In this document: piece after piece, positions 30,301 through 48,412 of the stretch
How positions within the stretch are numbered: position 1 is the stretch's first letter
Layout: every line of letters starts with the position of its first letter
Assembly: GCA_012295275.1 (NCBI GenBank)
Contig: CM022666.1
Coordinates: forward strand, 14,446,001 to 14,510,000
DNA length: 64,000 bases
From: Chrysomallon squamiferum
Taxonomy: Eukaryota > Animalia > Mollusca
Direction of reading: 5' to 3'
The notes under the pieces: model-generated
Database searches by the model: none
The model's input: the letters and a program-made list of their open reading frames with translations, nothing else
Told to the model about the DNA's origin: nothing
Program-made: the position numbers and the translations under genes

Positions 30301-33023
30301 ACTGATTTCAATGAAATTAAAAGGAAAACTAATTTCTGTTGGCTGAGTAGAAAATATTTATCATTTTTTAAACGTTAAATAGAAAATATAAAAGGCGTGA
30401 ATCTTACAGTATATCTATAGCTTGTATTACTTGTTTCTGTACAGATACTTTGTATCATACAACAGTTTTAAAATGACTGTTGTCTATATTATGTGGTTGT
30501 ATATTCAGTTTACATATAAATGTATAGTGTTTGGCTGTGTCAAATCATTCACTGATACCGCGGGAGTAATAACGTCAAGACGAACGTATTTGATGTAGCA
30601 CAAGATGAAAAACAAAATAAAAATTAAGTGAGCGAAAGAAAAAATAACAGATTAATTTTGATTAAATATGAGCTAAACTTCGGCTGTTTCTTGAACTAAC
30701 TTAGGAAAGAAAAATTTAATTTACGAAATAATTCTATTTTAACAATTAACTTTGAAAAAAAAAAAAATGAAGAAAGTAAAAAGAAAGAAAGAAAGAAAGA
30801 AAGAAATAAAATGAAAAAAAAAAAAAAAATGTATTGACCGTGATAACCAGATAACAGTTTCGTATATTCTTTAATTAATTTATTAAATCACTACTGACAA
30901 TAATATTCAGTGCTTTTTGATTAAATCTAAATATAAACGATGTATTAATAACAAATATGTACTGATATCTTAATATGATAAATGTTAGGTGTAATGTTTT
31001 CTTATACCTCTATTTGACACAAGTAGATCTGTATACACCCACATCAAGACAGCTTGATAGATGCATGTAAGGACAGACAAACAAACAGAAAGGTAGATCT
31101 GTCTATACAAACAGAAAGATTATCCATTCTTATGTTGAATTTGTTGAATTTGGCTTAACAATATAAAACTATTGGACTTGGGTTGTTTTGTTTTTTTTTT
31201 TTTTGTTTGTTTGTTTGATTGTCTGTTTGTTTGTTTGTTTGTTTGTTTGTTTTGTTTTGATTGTTTGGGTAGTTGGTTAGCTAGTTGGTCTTTTTGTATT
31301 ACTGATGTGTACTATTGCGGTTTAACAGTGTTTTCAAACAAATAACTAATTCATGTTGAGAATTTGAATATCTCTTCAAAATTGATATAATATTTTAATT
31401 TCACCAAATTCATTTCTCTTTATTTTTTTCTTTCTTATAGTTTTAATTTGTTACTGTGAAAATAATAAAATTATAAATGAACTAAAATAGTATACAGGAG
31501 ACTCAGATGAGATGTGAGTATTGGTTCATTACAACTGTATACAGCAACTACATACATTGTTTAAAGTTTCAGTTTAATTCAATTTTTATCCATTCGGAAA
31601 TTTGCACATTGCAGTGTAGGGACAATTGTTGAAAGAAGAACAAACTATTTGGCAAGTCTTATTAATAAGCAATGAATAAATTCGGGTTACATGTTATTTA
31701 CAAGTAAAATGTGTTTGTGTTTGTGCAAGTCACTGGTCCAGGGTTCAAGTTACTGGGTGTACGACTAAAGCAAACAGGCGACTTGCAATGAACTCCAACC
31801 CCTCTGAATGTAACGTCGTTTAGCCGACATATATCAACGTGATTTTTCTTGTCTATGTATATATCTATGAATGTATATATGTATGTGTATTTTTATTATA
31901 TGCTTCCCCTGGTATTAAAATGTGATTACCTCTGTTTGAATAATTTTCACATCAGTCATTTAACTTTTTATTGGTTTTGTAAACTTAAGGATTGTCAAAT
32001 ACGAGTGACTCAGTAGTAAAGAGTGCGACTTTTATTACAAAATGTTCTTCAGTTTTATATAAACTAATTCCGTACTGAAAAATCTAATTCATATTTGAAA
32101 TAGTTTTACTTCGGGCACATATGAATGTACATTTAAAAACAAGATTTATCACAGTCAGTTTTCTAATACAATATTTCTATTACTGTATTTCTTTTATTAA
32201 GTAATTTAATTGTTTGTTTCATCTGTTTGTTTGATTAGGTATTTATTTACATTATTTCTAAGTGTTAAGTTTTTACTTCATTATAAAGTAATTTGAGAGA
32301 CTCTGAAACTCCATGTTTATTTACATACAATTACTTAGCACATTTTAAACAGATTATTCGGCACCTTGTCTACCTATGAGTCTGATATTCTGATGAACTG
32401 ATTAGATTTTGAAATTTTATACACCTTAGTCTCTTTAAGAATTGCACGTTTTGTTGTTAGCGACGATACAAATAACAGCTTCTTACAATGAATGTCTTTG
32501 AACGTCCTACACCATTATTACAATGTAAGCTGGGAAAATCTGCTACTCGGGTTACTCGGTATTTACAAGGTGAAGTGTATTTGTGATTTTACAAGTCATA
32601 GGTCAATGGGTCAATTCACCTGCATGGTCCATCTGAAGACCTAAAGTTTATTTTTCCTACGATTTTTCTTCTTTGTCCACTAAAAACTTTCGGTTAAAGT
32701 AAATTTTCTTTCATGTGCTAGATAATAAAGATCAAATTGGCTGTCCCAAATCTCCTGATACGATTTCTATTAACCAGTGTGGTAACATTACTAACTCTTT
32801 TGGTCTTTTGTTCTTTTTTTAAAATTATTTCTAAGGTTTCTTTCTGATTTTTCTTGACTAAAGCAGCAAATTCTATTACATATTTTCTACCAGTTGTATT
32901 TTCTTCCATATTTTCAAGATTTCTTAACGTGTAACCCGATAAATAACACTTAGTATGTAAAAAGATGTTGTCTGTTACAAAATAATACAGTTATTACAAT
33001 TCTCTTGGTGTGCTTTCCTCGCG

Positions 33024-33220
33024 AAACAGAAGCGCGTGACACATTATCGCAACACGTGACAAAACAGAAGCGTGTGACACATTATCGCAACACGTGACAA
33101 AACAGAAGCGCGTGACACATGATCGCAACACGTGACAAAACAGAAGCGCGTGACACATTATCGCAACACGTGACAAAACAGAAGCGTGTGACACATGATC
33201 GCAACACGTGACAAAACAGA
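33024..33220 (+). repeat. 38-bp CpG-rich minisatellite, 5 copies, each with CACGTGAC
   Basis: Unit aaacagaagcgcgtgacacattatcgcaacacgtgaca starts at 33024, 33062, 33100, 33138 and 33176. Confidence 0.95.
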
Positions 33221-33862
33221 TTGTTCTTCAGTTTTAAAACTAAACTAAAACTTGTATGTTAAGGTGGGCGTTTGTAGCAGCACGTGACACAAATCCTACT
33301 CAGCAGGTGCATAGGTCAAGTTCCGTTATCAGAAGTCCATAGCAGTGTTTACACTAGTTTTGTTTGAAACTCCAGCTGAACGTCTGTTGTAAAATTTAAT
33401 TTTGAAAAATACAAGGTTGACGATGACACGTAGATTTTAAAATATTTGAAAAAGTAGAAATCTGTGACATCTCTCGTTCACTGGTATTTGCCGTATTCAA
33501 TTTTATATACATGTATCTCAATAAGCATGATACTTAAAAGATAAAGATATTGTAAAATTAAAATTGATTTAAGTATCTTCTCCAATGGATTAACTAAACC
33601 ATACGAATAACACAAAATTATTATTAATAATAACAATAATAATGTTAATAATAACGGCAGTAATAAGAAATAAAGAAATATACAGACAGTCTGATCGTGG
33701 TACTGATTTGATTAACAGAAACAATAAACATTAACATGCTTAAACGCAAATACAAACATACTGGCATTATCTAAACATCTTTGAATAACTCATTAACTAA
33801 TTTACACCTGCATGCACAAGAATATGCGTGTATTTATGAACATGTATGCATGTGTGTATGTG

Positions 33863-33934
<72 letters not shown>

Positions 33935-33935
33935 A

Positions 33936-33986
<51 letters not shown>

Positions 33987-34032
33987 AATACATATATACA
34001 TACATACCCTATATACATACATACATAAATAC

Positions 34033-34064
<32 letters not shown>

Positions 34065-34129
34065 GTACGCACCCATAAATAGAAACACATATGCATACAT
34101 ACATATATACGTACACACACACAGATGTA

Positions 34130-34360
34130 CGCAGAAACGACGAAAGACAGAAAGAACGGCGTGCTTCGTGGGAAGCGATGATTACTCTCAGTTATTGAGC
34201 AACTCTTTTAATCTTGTCTTCGTGGCGGAAATGAAACATCGTCCGCCATTGGAGTGCGGGGGAATAGGTGAAGTAATTTCGAGTGACACCAGCGCATCTG
34301 AAGAGTTTGTGACGTCGTGACTGGACTTTGTCCTCCTGTTCCAGTGCGTTCCCGAATGTT
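34130..34360. promoter_or_regulatory. CpG-rich promoter/enhancer-like segment
   Basis: Locally CpG-rich, with GGAAATGAAAC (ETS-IRF-like, 34227-34237), CCGCCATT (YY1-like, 34243) and TGACGTC (CRE-like, 34310). Confidence 0.3.
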
Positions 34361-34470
34361 GTCTATGTGCAGAGTCTAATCAGACGTACACAAGACAGAG
34401 AATATTCAAATACTAAAATACATGCACACATACAAACTATTTCTTTTCGTATTGGCAAGTTTTTAAATTA

Positions 34471-34501
<31 letters not shown>

Positions 34502-35938
34502 TTCGACGTAAAACTTGTTACACGTGGAATGGTAATAGAGAAGATAATTAAAGAAAGCAAGACACGCAAATGTACAGAGAGACAGTCTGATATTGTCTAG
34601 TTGCAGAGTCTATTCAGACGTGCACAAGACAGAGAATGTTCAAGTCCTAAAATGGATAAATACAGATACACGTACACAGCCATACAAGAGATATGCAGGA
34701 GCTCAAATACGGGTTTGTTGACAATATACAAATATAACCAGCCGTGAGAAACAGCTGGTGTCAAGACAAATGAATATTAACTATGTAGCCTGCAATATTT
34801 AATAAAGTCATTACAATCGGCTTCCAGGACGAGATTTTCAGTTTTATTACTGTAGTATTGCCTCTTATTTACGGTTTATAAAGACTGGTTTTGTAATAAG
34901 TATTGTCCATGTTAGTAATTGTCTATGTTAATATGCCTGTCATTTAACAGCAGAATGAAGAATCTTCTCAGAATCTGCATCTTGATTTACTGACAAACTA
35001 TAAACAAAACCAACATCACAAAGTGTAAAAACATTGAACTAGTAATACTAATATTGTATATTGTTATCGCTTTTGTTGTATTTGTTGTTCTCGTATCATA
35101 TTTAAGATATTTCAGGTAAAATACATTTATATTATAATTTCATTCGTAGATTAAATATTTGACTGAGATGCAAACTGTACGTTACTTACGTTACTTACAG
35201 ACGCACGTAAGAATGGAAAGAATTCGTAAGACGGGCGAACTCATATACAACTGGTAAAACTGTATTCTATTTGTAGAGATTCATAATCGTTTATTGATAA
35301 TCAGAGAATTTATGAATAAGAAATTATTTATAGAACATTTTTTCGGATTAAGAATTATTAATATACTGCATTTTGTCATATTTTGTTAGAAACAGGCAGC
35401 TGTCTGTAATTGTTTGAAAAGTGTTTATCTGCGGTACTACAAGTAAAAGTTGAGTTAAAATATTTCACTCTACCAAGTTATTATTTTTAATTTTGTATCA
35501 GCTATCATCACTCATAACAAGTATAACAATGAAATATGTGAAACATTTGAAAGCAGCCATTTTAGGCCACTGCACTGGTGTTGTGACGTCATCACGTACA
35601 AGACAATAATGCGAGGTGGACTGAAAATGTATCTGTATTAAAATAAATTAAAAACAAATAAATAAAACTAAGAAATGTTACAAATGCAGAACAGATTTTC
35701 TTATCTGTACTTTTTTGTTCTCATACTTTGCAATTAAGATTGGACACAACCACAAATGCCGCATAACTTTGATGTAAACATAATATATTTAGACTTTCTC
35801 TTTCTATCACAACACTACACTTTGACTGCAGAGTCCTCAACACGTTTTACAGAAAACTGTCAGTAACATCTACTTCTCATATACTGACGACAAGTGAGAG
35901 GAAACCGTATGTTTATATCCATCGGCTTCTTTTATTTT

Positions 35939-35984
<46 letters not shown>

Positions 35985-36543
35985 ATGAAAAAAAAAAAAC
36001 ATCAAAACATTCGTAATAATACAGCCACGGGATTCTGGTTAGAACTGGAATTAGCTGAATAAGAAGACAGTAGAGGTTTGATCCTGTGTGTTCTTCAACA
36101 CCTCACGTCAGTGTTTCATCGACAGGAAAATACAAGTTTCAATAATCAGTGCTGGAACACTCTCTATAACGGGAAACGGACCACAGAATATAATGTTTTA
36201 TTGTTTATTCATGCTTATGGGAAAATTCATTCACTTATTCATGCAACAGAAAAAAACTCCCCTAAAAATGAAAAAAAAAAAATCAGAACGTTGTTGTAAT
36301 TATTACTAACTTTGAAAACCAATTTGAAACGATTTGTTAATATCCTGGATAATGTGTGTGTGTGTGTGTGTGTTGTGTCATTATTAACAGTAGTAGTATA
36401 AAGAGTAAATTCCGTTATACGTATGTTTCTACATACATAGATCTGCTTACGTATGATGATGATAATGATAATGGAAACTTGAGGATGGTAATAATATTGA
36501 CAATTATTTTGATAATGATGATAATGGTAATAATGATGATTAG

Positions 36544-36618
<75 letters not shown>

Positions 36619-36785
36619 TTGGTTATATACAGATAAGTAAACACCAGTACTTACAGAGGCTAACAAAAAAGCTAACAAAGACTGGGTGCAAAGCAGCTTG
36701 CAGAATCATGTAACGGACAGAACTTCTACGACTGTGTGTAAAATGACAGCTATACACATTACTAACGAAACTAGCAGCTAGTGAT

Positions 36786-36817
<32 letters not shown>

Positions 36818-36830
36818 GTTGTATATTTGT

Positions 36831-36885
<55 letters not shown>

Positions 36886-37301
36886 TTTTTTATTATTATT
36901 ATTTATTTTTTGTTTTTTTTTAATCCACAATCTCTGGGGTGTTTGCTATAAATGCGCGAATCAATTATTTCACAGAGCTTGGTATCAGTGGAAATATTTC
37001 ATTTCGAACAGAAATATGAACGTAATTCAAATGAATATTTTAAAGGAACAATAACTCTGCCTTTACTTAGATTATAACCCGGTTGTTACGCGCTATGAAT
37101 TCTGGAAGATTTCACGATAACTTCTCCTTCGTGTATTAATTGGTGATTTCCTATTCCAGAACTATTTCATCAAACCATAATTTGCGAAGGATCTAGTATG
37201 ACAAGGTTATAATTAAGATAACGTATAAACAATGGATTATCGATTAACTCATATTGTTAATACCAATCTTTTAATTATTTTATTATTTATATGATTCTTG
37301 G

Positions 37302-37354
<53 letters not shown>

Positions 37355-40068
37355 TCACATATTTATAACTGCCACATATATAATGAAATATATTATAAGC
37401 ACCATAAATATGTAACACATGTCAATAACTGTACGTTAAAAACGAAAGCGAGCAAGCACAAAACCTCACTCGTAAGTGAAGCATAGATGAGGCTATTCAG
37501 TATAGAAGCTTCTCTATGTTCATATGTATGTGTTTGTATGAATATAGGAAGGTGTGTATCTGTATGTATGTATATTTGAATGTATCTATGTATTTGTGTA
37601 TGTATAGACACACAGACGAATATATGTTTGTACATGGTTCTCTATGTGAAGACAGAGTCTAATCTAACGTCCTTAATATAACAGAATATTCATTACTAAA
37701 TACATACTCAGTAATACATACGTGAATACATACATAGACGAACATCTATATATATGCAAACAATACTCTAAAATTCATATACGTGTTTTTTGTAATTCAT
37801 GTACAAACACATCTTTTTGTAACGCACATACATACGTATGTTGTTGTAACTCACGTATCACTATTCTGCTCTTTGTTATTTTTATTAATTTTTAAATTTT
37901 TATTTTTATTTTAATTTTTTTCAAAAACATTCATTATAAACAAACACTACTGAATTAAACCTTACCTTTTTTATTGACTGTTAAACAATATTCATAACTT
38001 CTTGACCTTCTCTGATCAACCAATATTTATCATAAACTTAGAAACTCAAACTCTTGTGGATGAGAAAACAAAATCTTGACGTTTTGTAACCATGTCATTA
38101 ACATCAGTGACAGCATACTTTGGTTCTACATCTGGGAATTGCGAATATCATTAATTTCTACAAATCCACTCACTTCACTTGTAAATATTATCTCAAACCT
38201 CTTTATTTTTTCATTAAATGTCTGGATACACCTGTCATATGCAATTCAAGATCAGACATGATTGCATGGATGTTTAAGAATATTAGTTAAAGAGACGAGA
38301 AAGTATAAATAGTAGTATTACAACTCCACAGTTCGCAGCAGGTGGGAGCCAGTGACGCAATCTGTCGACCAGACAGTTTTTATCACATAAAAATCACAAA
38401 CAATACAACGTAATCTATTTGAAATCGTCTCTCGGAGCAAACGTAACCGAATCGTCATTTTTTCTGAAATTTCTTTTTTAATATCTCTTGGTTTCGCGAA
38501 ACTGAAAGAAGATGATATTAAAATGTTTGTGAAATTAATCTGCATTTAATATCCTTTTTTTTTTCCTTGCTGTAAATAACTAACATATAAACGAATTTTT
38601 ATAGTAAGTTATGAAGAGGGATTCAAACGTTTGGACATTTTTACCTTTTTATAAGCCACGTACATACATATATGTTTAGTAAAACACAGAGTTTTGTAAG
38701 CCACATAAAAACATATTCTTTTGCTAATCTCTACAAACATATTGTTGTAAGTCACTTAGAAATGTATCTTTTTTGTAGTGCACATATAAATGTTGTTTTG
38801 TAACTCGCAATCATGCAATCTTGTATTATTAAAGAACACTCTGTCTTAGAATTCTGAAGATTTTTCCATGTAGGAATGATAAGTAACATTTAACACATTC
38901 AATACTCTTTACAGATTCCTTCTGTCATCAGAAAAAAGCAACAACGAACAAACAGAAATTAAGTTCTACCATCATATAATTTTAAATTATTTTCTTATCT
39001 CCATAAAACTAGTTTGTTTGTTTGTGTGTTTGTTTGTTTTGTTTGTTTGTTTGTTTTTTAAATCATTGTTTTTAGTGTGTTAGGCTTAAATCAAAATAAA
39101 ATACCACACTTCGTAATTCTACGATTTCATTCATTTACTTCCCCCATCTCATAACTGAGTAATTAAAGTTCATCAACCACGCCCCCACCCGCCACCGAGT
39201 CCAAGGGGGGGAACATGCTGCTGCAGATAACACCAGACAGTCATGCCAGGGATACATGGTTGATTTACTCAGACAATGAAAACATAAATCACCTGACTGA
39301 CCTTAGTCACCGACCCAGCAGCATCAGACACAGACTAAGAGCTACAGACTAAGAAAACTTACTTTGGTTAAGTGGAAAACATGAGACTAACAATCAATTT
39401 CCACTGAAAATTGTTATCTTAAGAAAAATACAGATTACAAGTGCAATTTGCACGATTAAACAGAAAACATTAATCATCTAAATAGTTCTTGTTTAGTTTC
39501 CATTTATATAGCCATGGTACGTTTTTCATAAATTTTAAAATCAGTTGACAGAAAATGAATAAATAATAACTTTAATATCTTACCTGAAAATACTGAACGT
39601 GTCAAACAACAAGAAAACTAATCGTTCATCAGGTTTAAAACTAAAATAAACTTGTATCCCGTGGTAGGCGTTTCTCTCAGCACGTGACACAAAACTTAAT
39701 CAGCAGTTACACAGAAGATCAACATAAGTTATCAGAAGTGCACATCAGTGTTTACATTAACTTTTATTTGAAACTGTACCTGAGCGTCTGTTGCGAATAC
39801 TGCTAAATTTGATTAATTTGATCTTTGAAAAATAAGAGGTTCACGATGACGTGTAGATTTTAAAATATTTGAAAAAGTGGAAATCTGTGATTGATTGATA
39901 TTTTCCTTATTCAGTATTATCTCCGTGCGTCTCACTGAGCATGATACTTAAAAGAAATAAATCTTGTATGATTTAAATTCATTTAAGTATCTTCTCCAGT
40001 ACCTAAACAGTACTAATAACACAAAAATTACTAACCAAGACACTATCTCAATAGTGATATTGATTTAC

Positions 40069-40143
<75 letters not shown>

Positions 40144-40384
40144 AAAGAAAGAAGAGTTAAAACACCAAAACAGATTTGTATTGAACATTTTCCATCGGCT
40201 ACAAATACTATAAAACATACGACTGTTTCTAGGTTATTGATGACTATAAATTTACAAATGGCAAAACATATTTCACTTTGTCTATATATACTTTGTAACA
40301 AATTTTAAAATCAGTTGACAGAAAATGAATAAATAATAACTTTAATATCTTACCTGAAAATACTGAACGTGTCAAACAACAAGA

Positions 40385-42905
<2,521 letters not shown>

Positions 42906-43488
42906 CATCTTTGTTTCTGACAAAACTAAACAAAACATTGGTTGTTAGGTCTTGAGCTTCGCGGGACCAGCCGACTCATCATTCCTGTATTACAGCAATG
43001 TTACTGAACACACGGAAATGGTCAAAGTAATTGATAAATGTAATTCTTAATTCTCATAAAAATACAGGTTTCTTTCTATGTTGCTGTCATTTATTCATAT
43101 ATGTTAGAGTCTGCAATACACAGAATGTTTTTGTTTATGTAAATGTATGTTTCAAAGTTTATAGAGGATAATAACAGCAAAAACATTTCTTTATTTAAAT
43201 AAATAAATAAATAAATGAAAAATTTGTTTCTCGTCCAAAAAAAATTTTGTTTCCCTCAATAAAGACAAAAGATGAAATGAAATGAAATAACTAACTAAAT
43301 AAATAAATAAATAAAATATTAAATTAAAATTAAAAATGTTTTTAAAATTTTTAACTATTAATAATACATTTATTATGTGGTCACTGGAGTTATTTCCCTT
43401 ACATCACAATCAGAAAACGCTAGAAGACAGCTGTTTCCAGAAATAATAATACAATAACAATAATAATAATAATAATAATAATAATAAT

Positions 43489-43604
<116 letters not shown>

Positions 43605-44726
43605 TTAGAAAAATAAATAACTAACTAAATAAAGAATATTGCATATATGACCTCAAATAAATTGAGATAGAACTACTGGCAGATAGACAGACGAACAGAG
43701 AAAAATAAATAAATAAATATCACTTTGGTAAAACCTTCTTAATTTAACTTTAATTCAAATCAGCTTTACAGTCGCCTATTACCACATAAAACAAACTAAA
43801 AGTATGAATAAATGAAAAGAGAAGATAAATAGAAGAAAAAAACACGGATGTAAAGAAAGAACAAAATAACAGAGTCCAGGAAAGAGGTAAGACTCTAAAA
43901 TGGAAAAAATAAATCAATAAAATGAAACTAAAAGTATAATAATAATAAATATAAAATTAAGAAAGGAAAGAATGAATACAAACTAACACAGCAGTCATGA
44001 TCTATGTAAACATTATACACATTTAGCAATAAAAACAAAAATCAGTTTTAAAAATTACATTTATTGATTTATATTTTTAAACATTCATGAATTTTCACAT
44101 ATGCCTGGCATTCATCAAATAAACACAAATTCAACAATCTTTTCAACAATATTTATCTATCATCTACAAAAATTTCAACAATACTGTCATATAATAATAA
44201 TTTTATAATTCATAACATGATAAACTCATTACAATAACATGAAATATGATATTCACCAATAACTCAAATTCATTTTAATAACAACTATCTAAATTCTAGT
44301 CTCCTTTCACTCATTATCTAAATGAAATCACAGTTTATAACAACAGTATCTAGTAACTATCTACACAAACTGCTTTTTACGTCTTAAGTATTGCCAAATA
44401 TGTCAACTTCTAAACACTTATTGAAATGATTTTAGTGAAACAGGAAATGTGTGTAAATCCCATACAAGACAAATAGTTTGCATTACATGTTTTTGTACAG
44501 ATAATTTATATCATATAATACTGAGGTTTAAAACGAGTGTTGTTTACACTATGTTGTGACCATATAGTCCATCTACAGATAAATTTATTCCGTTTGATAT
44601 GGTCAACACATTCACTGACACGGTGGAATAAACGTCAAGTCGAATGCATTTTTCTTAGCACAAGATGAAAAATGAAACGAAAATTAAGTTTGTGAAAGAA
44701 AAATAACAACTTATATTTGTTTGTTG

Positions 44727-44795
<69 letters not shown>

Positions 44796-46129
44796 GCTCA
44801 ACAATTTCTCTTCTTATTTTTTTTTATGATTATAATTATTATTAGGTAATTCTCTGTATCTATTTATCTAGACAGACAGAAAGAGAGACAAATCCATAGA
44901 CTGGCACAAAGAAAGATTGATTGGTCTACACCAACATCAAATTCTGCTTTTTTCTGTTCTTCGTGTTGAATTTGGCTTTACAATAAAGTATTTTCTTTTT
45001 GTGTATATATAATTATATTTATTACAACTGTATTTAAAAATAATCACATTCATATTAAGACAGTGTATATCTCTTCAAAAGTGATTTTAATAAATAAAAT
45101 ACGTTAAACAATACATTTAATTTTTCCATTAAAAATTTTTTTATAAAAGAACTGAAGACTTCATATGCGATGTGATTAACTGCACTTACTGTTTCTAGCA
45201 ACTATACATAGCAACTATCTACACAAACTGGTTTTCAGGTCAACTCCAAAACACTTGAACGTTCTGAACTAATCTCACAGATAAATTTATTGCGTTAAGC
45301 ATTGTCAACACGTTCACTGATACCTTCTATATATTTCATTTAGTGTAAGGACAAAAATAAAATTACAAAATTAGCTAAAGCAAAATTACTTAACTTTGTG
45401 TAATTATAACATAAACCTCGACAGATTCTTGAACTCACTTAAAAGAGAAAAAATAACAACAATAATATGTCAGCAAAGAAAATAAAAAGAAGTATATGTT
45501 TTTAACATAAAAAATCAAATGTGTTGCTGATGGTAATTAGACAAAATTTACAGTCCTACTTGAATACATTCCTTAAGCAAATATTACCTATATTTCGGTG
45601 CATTTTAATTAAATCTAGGATTCAAAAATATTTTGACAAAAGTGCAGGTGTTATTTTTATACGAGAAATAGTAGGCATAATGTTCCTTACTATTTTTATT
45701 TGACACAACTGAAATTATAAAAAGTATTTTATATTTATAATTTAATTCTAATGCAGATACTTTTTTATAAAAGAAATCTCAATGCAGACGTCTAGAGTTG
45801 AATATATATCCGTAGCGCATTCTTCAGACTGGCTGCTAGAACATTTTACTTTCAAAATTCCACCCTTGACAGTTACTATATATATCTCACTGTCCCTGCA
45901 TTCAAGCACAAAATAGGACAGTAATCATGACCTTTGTGAGACTTCGAGTAACTCAGATAATTTTCGTATTCTTACTTCAGTTCAGAGACTCTTGTTGTCA
46001 TTGTAAACCTGAAACAGTTTCTTTAAACATGTTTTCAAAATCCGTCTTGCTAGACATATGAATTCGCCATAAAGGGACAGTACTCTGTTAGTTAACATAT
46101 TTATCTGCTTCACAGACGAGTTACCTCAC

Positions 46130-46761
46130 TTGAAGTCTCTCATAATCCAGCTGAGGCTCTAACTCTCGAATTCTACTGAAAACAAACACACTGATTTTAC
46201 ATGAAGAAACACAAACAAGTTGTTACAGTCCACTCTGAACACCTGTAATGTACTCTCACAGAGAATCAGACTCTAATGTGTACTTAGATAATGTGAAATA
46301 GGATATTTCTTTTTGGTTTCAGCAGCAATGAATCTTTTATGCCCTCTCTGTCACAGAAAGCATGGAACACACCAAAGTAACTATGTGTGGAGCAGAGGTA
46401 GGAATGTGAGATAGCTCCATGATTACACTGAGGTGTACTGATCTTGTCAGTCTCAGCTGTACTCAGTGACCTAACTGGGAAGCAGTAGTTCAACAAACTT
46501 GGTCTTTTTTAAAGTGTAGAAGCGAAAGCTTGTGTAAATGATCCAATAAAATAATTTACACATCTATAACATTGCTGTTTTACCCTTTAAAATGTTATTG
46601 TTTTGAATGACCAATTCTTTATTTATTTATTTACTTATTTATTTACTATTCATTCATTCATTCATTCATTTATTTCCGAACTTACTAGTCTTGGTCTCGC
46701 ATGACTTTGATTCGTTTTCTGTCCTTCAGAAGTTGCCCTCCAAGTTGTGTAGAATTGTGAC
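46130..46761 (-). pseudogene. ANKRD42: ANKRD42-like exon remnants in the inverted duplicate
   Basis: Reverse complement of 7424-7499 and 8006-8045. Confidence 0.7.
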
Positions 46762-48087
46762 CTGAAAATATATTTAGCAAAATTTACCTTTGATCAAACT
46801 AGAAAATAATAAATAATAATCTCCATATTTAAAGTTTAAAGTTGTTTGTCTGACTAATTTATGACATTTTTTACTTTTTATTTATTTTTATTATTTATCA
46901 ACCCTCAGTGATGGTTCAATTCCACTACACCTTACATATTCATTGAGTAATTCATTTGATGAAACATGAAATTCTGTGGTAACAGATGAATAACAAATAA
47001 ATAATGATATGCTTCGATAATACTGTAAAAAAAAAGTATCTGTTAAATATCTTAAAATATTACATTTTAGAGAATTTTTCAACAATTTGTCTATTTCTTG
47101 AATACAGTGATCTGACATGTTAACTCATTTTCATAAATATGACATGATTATGAACTTGCTCATTAAACCATACATCTCCAACTACTAAAGAAAACAATAA
47201 ATGTTTTACATCTAACTTTGAAATAGACAGGAAAGGACATACCAAACTTCTTCAGTCATGCATGCAATATATACAGTATCCAAGTTTGTAGAAATTTCAA
47301 AATAAAAATAAAAACAAGACATAATCTGTAAAAAGGACATTTAGTTAATTATATTAAGTGGTTTTGCTAAATGAGTGAAATATATTCTGGTAAAATTATA
47401 CTGGAGAAGTCAATCACAGGAAAATGTTTTATACTTTTATAAATAAATAAAGAAATAAATATATAAAGATATAAACTCAACTGAAATAAATGAATAAATA
47501 AAAAAATATATATCACATCAAATCAGTTAAGCTAAAACAGATGACTAAAATGAAAATAAATAAATAAATAAATAAAAATAAAATAAATTAAATAAATAAT
47601 AAAATAAAAAATGTAAACAAAATAAAATCCTAAAAGACTGAGTATATCACTGCACTGTATCTACAGCCTCAGTGTGTCAAAATGTGTAAAAAATCATGTA
47701 ATCAAACATTTTCAGCTTCATTAGTTTATTATTTTATTACCATACTTTATTAACAAAAAATAATAAGAAGAAATCAAATAAAATAATGGAAAATCAATAA
47801 ATTTGAAGCATATAAAATATTTTAACTATTATCATTAGAAAGAGAAATAGACTTTAAATGAAAATGTGGCTCTAATGGCAGTTTTACTTTGGTGTCAGGA
47901 ACAAGCTAATTTCTGCATATTCAAAAGCATAGCTATTTTGTGAATCAGTGAACAATAAGATAATTAAGAACAAAACAAAAAAAGACAGCAAATTTATCTA
48001 TTATCTTCATACAACAAGATATTTGTCTGTTGTGTGCTTTGTGTGTGTGAACATAAACTCATCCTGTGTTTCAGGTTTTCCTTTACG

Positions 48088-48412
48088 CAGATAAGTAGAA
48101 TATTAATGTTTTATATTTCACTTTATTTTCACATAAACTCACACTGTGTTTGTACAGATAAGTAGAATATTAATGTTTTATATTTCACTTTATTTTCACA
48201 TAAACTCACACTGTGTTTGTACAGATAAGTAGAATATTAATGTTTTATATTTCACTTTCTTTTCACATAAACTCACACTGTGTTTATACAGATAAGTAGA
48301 ATATTAATGTTTTATATTTCACTTTATTTTCACATAAACTTACACTGTGTTTATACAGATAAGTAGAATATTAATGTTTTATATTTCACTTTATTTTCAC
48401 ATAAACTTACAC
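48088..48412 (-). repeat. 67-bp minisatellite, about 5 copies (inverted paralogue of 5004-5395)
   Basis: gataagtagaatattaatg recurs with a 67-bp period. Confidence 0.93.

Noticed and set aside
31720-31760. tRNA T-arm/B-box-like ccagggttcaagttactgg (also a B-box-like ggttcgag at ~25410, minus strand)
   Set aside because: No cloverleaf or A-box; at most decayed SINE heads.
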